Assembly (NCBI RefSeq): GCF_000013905.1
Contig: NC_007969.1
Location: 1,260,001-1,292,000 of the forward strand
Reading direction: 5' to 3'
Length of the DNA: 32,000 bases
Source of the DNA: Psychrobacter cryohalolentis K5
GTDB taxonomy: Bacteria > Pseudomonadota > Gammaproteobacteria > Pseudomonadales > Moraxellaceae
The translations under genes were made by a program, and so were the position numbers. The notes under the pieces are model-generated. The model saw only the letters and a program-made list of their open reading frames with translations. It made no database searches and had not been told where the DNA came from. This document shows positions 8,430-15,934 of the stretch, in pieces. The number at the start of each line of letters is the position of its first letter. Within the stretch, counting starts at the first letter, position 1.

Positions 8430-9566
8430 TTAGATATCTTCCACTACTTTATCTAATACCGCTTGATAAAGCAGCCCCGGCTTGGCATTCAGCAGCCCAT
8501 TACCAAAACCTCGTAACCACCAAACCAGCTGAGAAGTTAGATTCACCGTTGCTTGTATGGTCAAGGTTTCATCGTTATTGATGCTCACAATTTGGTCATC
8601 ACTGAGCTTACTTTCTGTTAAGCTTTTGCCAGCTTGTTTGGTAAATTGTAGCTCAATCGCTGTATATTTGCCATGATTGGGCAGTTGGCGGAATAAGGGG
8701 TGGCTAAAGCCCATACCACCTGCATCCAGATAGTTATCCAACTGAAAATTATCAGGCGTTTTTGCTGCGCTCTCTAATATCTCAACACTGGCAAATCGAT
8801 GTAGGGCAAAGGTGCGAATGATAGTTTCGCTATCATCAGTGCGGGTCGCGAGCAGATAAATAATCACCCCACGCTGAATAATAGCAATAGGGTTTAAGGT
8901 ATATTCGCTGGCTTGGGATTTGTTGCTACGGGTATAGCTGGCTTTGATTTGTAATTGATAAAATAAAGCATGATAAATATTATCTTTACTGTCCAAATCA
9001 ATGTGCGGTGCAATCAAAGGCTGGGTCGCGGGTTCAATACGAACCCTATCAATCCATGAATGGGTTACTTTGCTGTTTTTAAGTTGGCGACGTGCCAAAT
9101 CAAACCAAGGAAATAACTCATCTAAAATAACTGGCGGTAGCAGCTGGCTTAGATTGGCTTCCACCATATTAAAGGCAACCGCTTGTGATAGATTCATATG
9201 CGGCAAGCTTTGAAGCGGCGCATCGTCTTCCCAGCGCCAACCTTGTGGATTGGCGTTATTTTTTTCGATAGGAAAACGTTTGGCAAGGGCGTTTAAGTCG
9301 CGCTGTACTGTGCGCAAACTGATATCAAAACCTGCCAGTATCAGCTGCTCGTAGACATGAGTGGTGCCGACCCAGCGATTACGTTTTAATTGCGACAACA
9401 CTTGCCACTGCCGCGCTGTTGTCGCAGCGCCATGACGACTATCGGCTGCATCATCAGCGGCTTTATTGTCTGAAAGTGCAACAGCGTTTGCTTGCTCATC
9501 AGTAGCCTGTTGAGTGTCGCGATTATCGTTGTCAGTATGAGCAATGTCGGTATGAGATACAGTCAT
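8430..9566 (-). CDS. WYL-domain transcriptional regulator (wHTH + WYL + C-terminal extension domain)
   Basis: 378 aa. It has an acidic disordered N-terminus, then a YafY/DeoR-like winged HTH (THVYEQLILAGFDISLRTVQRDLNALAKRFPIE), then a WYL-type beta core (YTLNPIAIIQRGVIIYLLATR), then a C-terminal domain. This is the usual BrxR/CapW/PafBC-like architecture. Confidence 0.8.
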   Translation of the reverse strand: MTVSHTDIAHTDNDNRDTQQATDEQANAVALSDNKAADDAADSRHGAATTARQWQVLSQLKRNRWVGTTHVYEQLILAGFDISLRTVQRDLNALAKRFPIEKNNANPQGWRWEDDAPLQSLPHMNLSQAVAFNMVEANLSQLLPPVILDELFPWFDLARRQLKNSKVTHSWIDRVRIEPATQPLIAPHIDLDSKDNIYHALFYQLQIKASYTRSNKSQASEYTLNPIAIIQRGVIIYLLATRTDDSETIIRTFALHRFASVEILESAAKTPDNFQLDNYLDAGGMGFSHPLFRQLPNHGKYTAIELQFTKQAGKSLTESKLSDDQIVSINNDETLTIQATVNLTSQLVWWLRGFGNGLLNAKPGLLYQAVLDKVVEDI

Positions 9567-9685
9567 GAAAAGATAACCTTTGTAATGTCACGATTATAAA
9601 GTCAGCGGGTTATTCACATTAGTATGAGCATGAAAGGACATCGGCAGATGGTTATTATATAGCATTGCAGAGAGCACCCTAATAT

Positions 9686-12613
9686 CTAGCGTGCTTCATC
9701 TATAATAACTTTTTCTACGATAGTGTCGTTATCCTCTTTAATAAGCTGTTCTTTAATAGCCTTTTCTTTCTTAGAGACTTTATTCTTATCTTCTTTTTTT
9801 TGGCGTTTCTTTTTGGCTTTCTTTTTTGATTTTTTATCGTCAATATCATCATCTGTATTTTGGTTTTCATCCCATAGCATCAAACGACTTAAGACTTTAC
9901 CAAACAACGTCTCTTTGCGGTAGCGACTTTTCTTATTCACTGTATCGACAGGTAATCCCGTCATTAATGTGAGCGCTTCACTGAGCGTGTGCACCCCATA
10001 TATATGAAAGCTACCTGCTTTTACAGCAGTAATGATATCGTCGCGCAGCATAAGCTGTTTGACGTTTGCCATAGGAATGACCACGCCTTGCTGTCCAGTC
10101 AATTCTTGCTCGCGGCACGCATCAAAGAAACCTGCAATCTTGGAATTGATGCCGCCGACGGCTTGTACTTCACCAAGCTGATTCATAGAACCTGTAATAG
10201 CAAGGGATTGATTAATCGGTACGTTTGCTAAGGCAGATAACAGGGCACAGCCCTCACTGACAGTCGCGCTATCACCATCAATATGCGCATAGCTTTGCTC
10301 AAAAGCCAGTGAAGCACTAAAATTTAGTGCATGGTGCTGACTAAATAACGCTCGTAAGTAGCTCGTCATAATCAGCATACCTTTGGCGTGCAAGCTACCG
10401 CCCAAATCAACATCACGCTCGATATCTAGGATTTCACCCGTACCGATATTTGGCTGAATGACCGCTGTGAGACGGGCAGGCATGCCAAACTCACTATCGG
10501 CATAGCTTACCACTGTTAAGGCGTTGACTTGCCCAACTGCCTCTCCTTGAGTTTGAATAAGCTGCTGACCGTTTTTGAGCTCATCCCAATAGAGGTCGCG
10601 CAAATATCCTGAGCGCTCATCCATATCTTCAATAGCTTGTACCACATGTTTGGCACTGACGATATCCTGTCCGCCCAAACGCGCATGGCGATTGGATTCA
10701 TGCAACAGCTTAATAAGCAAATCACTGTGCAGACTTAGACGGTCTTGATCCTCTGCTTGCAGACTTAAATGCTCAAGTAGAGCAGCTTGTGCCCTTCTAT
10801 CAAATGGATAAAGATTGGCGTAATCAATGATATCTGCCATCTTTCCGACCAACGCGAGCTCGTGCTCATGAGTACGAACCACATCATCGTGGAAGTCAGC
10901 ACGTACCTTAAATACCGCATCAAACTCCGGCTCAAGCTCCAGTAATTCGTAATACAAATCAGCTTCACCCAATAAAATGACCTTTATATCAAGATCAATG
11001 GGCGCAGGAGATAAAGATAAGCTACCTGTTAAGGTCAGCATTTGCTCAAGACTTGAGAGTTTAATTTTACGAGACTGTAGTGCACGCTTAAGACCTTGCC
11101 ACGCATAAGGATGCTCAAGCAAATGACTCGCTTCAAGCAGTAAGTAACCTCCATTAGCACGATGTAAAGCGCCGGCACGAATCATGCTGACATCGGTCGT
11201 AACCGTACCTAATTGAGTGATTTGCTCTACATGACCTAATAAATTTAAGTGAGTAGGCAAGTCTTCAAAGATAACGGGCGCACCACTATCAGGCTCATGA
11301 CTGCTAATAACATTGACCGCATATCTACTAGGCGTCGTGGCGAGCAATGCCGTTACAAACTCTTCATCATCTCCATTAACGATACGCTCGACATGAGTAA
11401 CCATATCGGCAAAGACTACTTTTAGATACTCAACGACCAGTGGTTGAGCACTGAACTGCTCATAAATAGGGGTAAATAACGGCTGTAGTGCCCGTTTGGC
11501 AATATTGCGATGTAGCGACTCGATGGCATCATTGGCTTCATCTTCTAATTGCTCTAAAGCAATCGTCAGCTGACTCAGCCGTCTTTGCATATGATTTTTT
11601 TGAGCAAAATTATTTAGCTCAGTTTCATATTCGCTGCTATATGAACTATCATTAGCCTTAATATCGCTCTCATCGGTGCTAGCGGTTGCCGCTTCCTTAT
11701 TGTCATTGATAAGGGTATTGTTTTTATGACTATTAGAGAGTTTGTCTTCTTTATCATCCATATCGCTCGTTTCTGTTGCAAGCTGGCTTGGATGAACAAA
11801 AACGGCTTTATTATCAAACGGCCGAAACGTTAACGCTAGATCATACTGCTTGCCCTCAGCATTGAGCACATCATAGGCGTGACTTTCCTTTTGATGTGTG
11901 TCATTTTTGATGGCTTCTATCTTGCTTTGATACTGATCGCTGCGAAAGCGTTGACTCAGCCGTTTTTTGGCTTGTTGCCACAAAGTATTGACTTGGTGTT
12001 GCAAGACAGCGGCCTGACCAGCAGGTAAGCGTAGTGCTAACGGAGTCCGAGGGTCAGTGAAGTTGTGTACATATACCCAATCATCCGGCGTCGGTGCATC
12101 GGCTGCGATAAGACTGAGCAAGCGACTAATCACCGTACGTTTACCTAAACCATTCTCGCCAGCCGCAAACACATGATAGCCACTAGCATGAATATCGAGT
12201 GCCGTATGCAATGCCTTAAGCGCCCGCTGTTGCCCAAAACCAATATCTAAATCGGGTGCGCTACGAGTATCGGCTGGCAGCAGACTGGGTTTACTATAGC
12301 GCTTAAGCTGGTTTGTCGCGACGAGGCAGCGCTGACTGACTTCTATGAATATAGGATGAGGTGTAATAGGCGCATCAGTAGCGTTAGGGATATTTTCTTT
12401 TTCTACCGACTTACGAGCCGTTTTTTTACGTTTTAAGCTTTTATCCAATTTCTTCTTATCTAAGGAATTTTTATCCAATGATTCCTTATTGGCTGAGGGC
12501 TCTTCATGGGGATGCTTGTTACTTGAGTCACTAATAGGCATCATAGCCTCTGCGGTATTATCGCTAATGTCTTGTTGGTCTTTATTCAGGGGTATGTTTG
12601 TCTGTTCTGTCAT
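9686..12613 (-). CDS. Lon-like protease, LonB/AAA_32-type N-terminal ATPase-like domain plus S16 protease domain
   Basis: 975 aa. The N-terminal module is GFGQQRALKALHTALDIHASGYHVFAAGENGLGKRT, with P-loop G152-x4-G-K158-R159 (Arg where Ser/Thr is canonical). The C-terminal Lon protease domain has catalytic Ser in IDGDS782AT and Lys in GGINSK825IAGF. Lys-rich low-complexity tails lie at both ends, and there is a polar insert near residues 280-340. The start is ambiguous: the ATG at 12613 has no Shine-Dalgarno, while the second ATG of the M24-M25 pair (12541) has GAGG 5 nt upstream. Confidence 0.85.
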   Translation of the reverse strand: MTEQTNIPLNKDQQDISDNTAEAMMPISDSSNKHPHEEPSANKESLDKNSLDKKKLDKSLKRKKTARKSVEKENIPNATDAPITPHPIFIEVSQRCLVATNQLKRYSKPSLLPADTRSAPDLDIGFGQQRALKALHTALDIHASGYHVFAAGENGLGKRTVISRLLSLIAADAPTPDDWVYVHNFTDPRTPLALRLPAGQAAVLQHQVNTLWQQAKKRLSQRFRSDQYQSKIEAIKNDTHQKESHAYDVLNAEGKQYDLALTFRPFDNKAVFVHPSQLATETSDMDDKEDKLSNSHKNNTLINDNKEAATASTDESDIKANDSSYSSEYETELNNFAQKNHMQRRLSQLTIALEQLEDEANDAIESLHRNIAKRALQPLFTPIYEQFSAQPLVVEYLKVVFADMVTHVERIVNGDDEEFVTALLATTPSRYAVNVISSHEPDSGAPVIFEDLPTHLNLLGHVEQITQLGTVTTDVSMIRAGALHRANGGYLLLEASHLLEHPYAWQGLKRALQSRKIKLSSLEQMLTLTGSLSLSPAPIDLDIKVILLGEADLYYELLELEPEFDAVFKVRADFHDDVVRTHEHELALVGKMADIIDYANLYPFDRRAQAALLEHLSLQAEDQDRLSLHSDLLIKLLHESNRHARLGGQDIVSAKHVVQAIEDMDERSGYLRDLYWDELKNGQQLIQTQGEAVGQVNALTVVSYADSEFGMPARLTAVIQPNIGTGEILDIERDVDLGGSLHAKGMLIMTSYLRALFSQHHALNFSASLAFEQSYAHIDGDSATVSEGCALLSALANVPINQSLAITGSMNQLGEVQAVGGINSKIAGFFDACREQELTGQQGVVIPMANVKQLMLRDDIITAVKAGSFHIYGVHTLSEALTLMTGLPVDTVNKKSRYRKETLFGKVLSRLMLWDENQNTDDDIDDKKSKKKAKKKRQKKEDKNKVSKKEKAIKEQLIKEDNDTIVEKVIIDEAR

Positions 12614-12965
12614 AGGAATAGGGTCAGTCGCTTAAAAGTATTAAATGATGATTGATTTTGGTTTTTTTGATGTGGCAATGAATACATTAGCATTTATAGT
12701 AATAGAACATCTTACAAGATATCGCTGTTTTTTGAAGCAATCATTGAGCGCAATTTTGTATCATGGGCAATTATGTCTTAGCCAATAAAAGTGTACTAAT
12801 AGTAATTATAAAACGATAATAGTAGAACAGTTAAAGAAGAATAACAGCTCAATATAGGCGTAGATAGTATAAGATGACGCACATTGGCGCAATCTGCAAC
12901 TATTCAATAAGCAGCCTGCATGATAAAATAGACGGTTCACATGTCAAAAACGGATAAACCCTTGT

Positions 12966-13682
12966 ATGTCAGACTCCACTAAAGCTTCTTTATCCTCTGC
13001 TAACATGGGTAATATCCATATTGATCCGACAGGCTTTGTAAAGCTTGGCGCACAATTACCGACATTGGCGAATATCTTAGCGCAAGCAATAGACGAGTTG
13101 GGTCTAACATTGAGTGCCCAGCAGCAGCGCAGCTTATTATTGTATTTAGACCAGCTTTTATTATGGAATAAAGCGTATAATCTGACCGCGATTACTGATC
13201 CGGTAGAAGCACTTATCAAACATGTTATCGATTGTTTGGCTATTATAACCCATTTACCCTCGGGGTCGCTGCTCGATATTGGTACGGGCGCAGGTTTGCC
13301 GGCAGTGATTATTGCTATTTGTCAGCCTGAGCGCTCATGTACAGCGCTTGATAGCAATCAGAAAAAAATCCGCTTTATTAAGCAAGTGAGCAGTGAGCTT
13401 GGTTTGAGTAATATGCAGCCTATCGCATCGCGCATTGAAGCGCACGAGGCAAGCTATGATGTGATTACTTCTCGAGCATTTGCCAGTTTGATAGATTTTG
13501 TTGCAGTTGCCGAGCCGCGATTGGCAGATAATGGCTATCTATGTGCGATGAAAGGCAAAGCGCCAAGTGAAGAAGAGTTAGACGCTTTAAGTAACGATTG
13601 GCAGTTTAAGACCATTAAATTAAACGTGCCACGTTTACATGATAGTCGTCATTTAATTGAATTGTCTTATAAAAATGTCTAA
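12966..13682 (+). CDS. rsmG: 16S rRNA (guanine527-N7)-methyltransferase
   Basis: 238 aa. WNKAYNLTAITDP, the SAM motif LDIGTGAGLPA, ITSRAFASL and RHLIEL are collinear with E. coli RsmG/GidB. It sits upstream of parA-parB, the classic gid-par synteny. It has a ~30-aa N-terminal extension, so the start is somewhat uncertain. Confidence 0.92.
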   Translation: MSDSTKASLSSANMGNIHIDPTGFVKLGAQLPTLANILAQAIDELGLTLSAQQQRSLLLYLDQLLLWNKAYNLTAITDPVEALIKHVIDCLAIITHLPSGSLLDIGTGAGLPAVIIAICQPERSCTALDSNQKKIRFIKQVSSELGLSNMQPIASRIEAHEASYDVITSRAFASLIDFVAVAEPRLADNGYLCAMKGKAPSEEELDALSNDWQFKTIKLNVPRLHDSRHLIELSYKNV

Positions 13683-13685
13683 GCT

Positions 13686-13740
13686 ATGAGCACAGCATTT
13701 ACCATGAAACTATCTTTTTTATGGTAAATGCTGTGCTCAT
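13686..13740 (+). terminator. 20-bp perfect inverted repeat (strong hairpin, likely rsmG terminator/attenuator)
   Basis: ATGAGCACAGCATTTACCAT-(15 nt, T-rich loop)-ATGGTAAATGCTGTGCTCAT. It starts 4 bp after the rsmG stop and is followed by GTTTATGTTTT. Confidence 0.5.
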
Positions 13741-13809
13741 GTTTATGTTTTCAGTAAAAGAGCATGTTAATAAAATTAGTAACAGATCCTAATTAAATTG
13801 AGTGAGTGT

Positions 13810-14589
13810 ATGGAAATCATAGCGATTGCGAATCAAAAAGGCGGAGTGGGTAAGACCACAACGGCGGTAAATTTGACCGCCAGCTTGGCTGCCAAACGCA
13901 AGCACGTACTGCTCATTGACTTAGACCCACAGGGTAATGCGACCAGTGGTACGGGTGTCGATAAGAATGAGTTGGCACTGACGATAGCAGATGTGTTCCT
14001 TGATGGGGTGGCTTTATCTGACGCTATTGTTAACAGTCCGGCAGGATTCGATGTCATCGGTGCCAATCGTGATTTGGCGGGTATGGACATCACTTTGATG
14101 AGCAAAACCAACAGCCATGAGTTATTTAAAACGGCAATGGCAGATTTAGTTGAAGCTCAAAAAGCGGCACAAAAACTTGCCTATGATTATGTGATTATAG
14201 ACTGCGCGCCCAGCTTAAATTTATTGACAATTAATGCGTTGGTAGCGACTGATAGCGTTATTATTCCGATGCAATGCGAGTATTATGCACTAGAAGGCTT
14301 GGCGGATTTGTCTCAAACGATAGAGCGTTTAACAGAGTTGAACCCTAAGTTATATATTCGCGGTGTGGTCAGAACGCTATTTGATGCACGCAATACGCTC
14401 GCCCGTGATGTGTCTGCTGAACTGGAAGCGCACTTTGGTGAGATCATGTATCAAACCATTATTCCAAGAAATATCCGTTTGGCTGAAGCGCCTGCGCATG
14501 GTCTACCGGTCATTGCTTATGAGAGATGGTCAAAGGGCGCACGTGCTTATCAGAAATTGGCCGCTGAAGTCATGAAACAAAGTCGATAG
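13810..14589 (+). CDS. parA: Chromosome partitioning ATPase ParA/Soj
   Basis: Deviant Walker A, IANQKGGVGKTTT, lies directly after the ATG at 13810. The ORF-track TTG at 13798 adds only 4 codons. Also present are LLIDLDPQGNAT, IIDCAPSL and IPRNIRLAEAP. Confidence 0.93.
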   Translation: MEIIAIANQKGGVGKTTTAVNLTASLAAKRKHVLLIDLDPQGNATSGTGVDKNELALTIADVFLDGVALSDAIVNSPAGFDVIGANRDLAGMDITLMSKTNSHELFKTAMADLVEAQKAAQKLAYDYVIIDCAPSLNLLTINALVATDSVIIPMQCEYYALEGLADLSQTIERLTELNPKLYIRGVVRTLFDARNTLARDVSAELEAHFGEIMYQTIIPRNIRLAEAPAHGLPVIAYERWSKGARAYQKLAAEVMKQSR

Positions 14590-14734
14590 TTATGTGGTTA
14601 TAAGAGAAAATGATCAATTATAAAAAATAATGGATCACTGGAGTAATCAGCCAGATAACAAAATTGTGCACATCGTATTTATTATTGAATTTAAAACATT
14701 TGGCTTTTATTTTAGCGTTAGAGGATAGGTAATC

Positions 14735-15850
14735 ATGGCGAAGAAAAGAGGGTTGGCTGCCAATCGAGGTTTAGACGCCTTATTAGGGTCAATCAAAAAA
14801 GAAAAGCAAATCACCGCCTCTGCCTTGCAAGACGATATAGCCGTGCGTGAGCAGGCTTTACCAGCTGATCCAATAGAGACAAAAGCGACGGTCAAAACTG
14901 CCGCTAATGCAAAATCTACTGCCGCTTCTGAGTCAAAAGATGCCAATCAACGTAAAGCTCGTACACCGCGTACAGTAAGTAAAAATACTGCCAATGGCAA
15001 TCGTGTAAACGTGAGTGAAAGTAACGGTTCTGAAGACCAAATCAGTTTGGTGCAAATCGATGTTACCCGTTTGCAGGCTGGTAAGTATCAACCGCGTCGT
15101 GACATGAGTGAAACGGCACTGGCAGAATTGGCATCTTCTATCGAACAGCATGGTGTCATGCAGCCTATTGTTATTCGTCCATTACTCGCCACAGAAGATA
15201 AAAGCGAAGCTTTTGTTACGCACGAGATCATCGCCGGTGAACGCCGCTGGCGTGCGGCGAAAATGGCAGGCAAGTCAGTCATTCCAGCGATTGAGCGTGC
15301 TTTGTCAGATGAGCTGGCGATTGCCCTCGCATTAATTGAAAATATCCAGCGTGAAGATCTATCCGTGATTGAGCAAGCAGCAGCATTACAGCGTTTTCAT
15401 ACTGAATTTGGTATGAGTCACGCTATGATTGCTGAAGTCGTGGGTAAAGCACGTACTACCGTATCAAACCTTCTGCGCTTAAACCAGTTGCACGACACGG
15501 TCAAAGATCACCTAGCTACTAGCGCCTTAGATATGGGTCATGCGCGTACGCTTTTAGCGTTATCATCTGAGCAGCAGCCTATCATTGCTCAAAAAATCAT
15601 CGATGGTGGTATGACCGTACGCGAAGCTGAAAAGCTTGTTAAATCTATTTTGCAGCCAGCGCCAAAAGCCAGTCGCATCGAACAAGTACAGTCTCGTGAT
15701 GTTGAGCGTTTGACGCAGCGACTAACAGATATGCTCGGCGCTGAAGTGAAGCTTAAGCATAAAAAAGACGGGCAGGGTAGTGTTGAGATATTCTTCCACA
15801 GTCAAGATCAATTAGCCGCTTTAATTAAGCATATGGAAGCACAGGCTTAA
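14735..15850 (+). CDS. parB: Chromosome partitioning protein ParB/Spo0J
   Basis: It has the N-terminal ParA-interaction peptide MAKKRGLAANRGLDALLG, the ParB box GERRWRAA, and an HTH region (MSHAMIAEVVGKARTTVSNLLRL). An ~80-aa low-complexity insert follows the N-terminal peptide. Confidence 0.93.
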   Translation: MAKKRGLAANRGLDALLGSIKKEKQITASALQDDIAVREQALPADPIETKATVKTAANAKSTAASESKDANQRKARTPRTVSKNTANGNRVNVSESNGSEDQISLVQIDVTRLQAGKYQPRRDMSETALAELASSIEQHGVMQPIVIRPLLATEDKSEAFVTHEIIAGERRWRAAKMAGKSVIPAIERALSDELAIALALIENIQREDLSVIEQAAALQRFHTEFGMSHAMIAEVVGKARTTVSNLLRLNQLHDTVKDHLATSALDMGHARTLLALSSEQQPIIAQKIIDGGMTVREAEKLVKSILQPAPKASRIEQVQSRDVERLTQRLTDMLGAEVKLKHKKDGQGSVEIFFHSQDQLAALIKHMEAQA

Positions 15851-15934
15851 AATATTGCGTGTGTATTTAATCTAATGCTTATTTAAATAGTCTTGATGAC
15901 CGCTATTTTTATCAAAATATAGAAGAGAGTTGAT

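Noticed and set aside
12420-12500. Direct repeats TTTTATCCAAT (around 12438 and 12468) resemble DnaA boxes, and they lie near rsmG-parAB, which often neighbours oriC.
   Set aside because: They differ from TTATCCACA at two positions and lie inside the Lon-like coding region, where they simply encode the repeated LDK(K) peptide. I saw no cluster of consensus DnaA boxes or AT-rich 13-mers in the 12614-12965 spacer, and no dnaA, dnaN or rpmH gene is present.
9686-12613. Could the Lon-like gene be BrxL, making this a BREX locus regulated by a BrxR-type WYL protein?
   Set aside because: No PglX methyltransferase, PglZ phosphatase or BrxA/B/C-like ORFs occur anywhere in the window. The N-terminal module looks like the LonB/AAA_32 type (GQxRA...GYH/N...GxxGxGK/R) rather than the BrxL ATPase. 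The WYL association is kept as a finding, but the BREX label is not supported.
12645-12788. A 47-codon plus-strand ORF (MMIDFGFFDVAMNTLAFIVIEHL...) in the Lon-like/rsmG divergent spacer.
   Set aside because: It has no Shine-Dalgarno, lies in AT-rich promoter DNA, and has no recognisable features. It is most likely a chance ORF.
12944-13219. A 91-aa minus-strand ORF overlapping the 5' end of rsmG.
   Set aside because: It is entirely antisense to the well-conserved rsmG frame, has no Shine-Dalgarno, and its composition is typical of an antisense shadow ORF. The same reasoning applies to the other 60-100-aa antisense or off-frame ORFs in the track (for example 843-1052, 1196-1417, 4392-4610, 7266-7463, 7687-7902, 9001-9213, 9723-10231, 10516-10968, 11614-11817, 13833-14111, 14707-15335, 16240-16522, 18430-18866, 19330-19527, 20385-20687, 21195-21458, 22555-22749, 23311-23553, 25010-25525, 26607-26849, 27609-27988 and 29724-30241, 30590-31183, 31734-31937).
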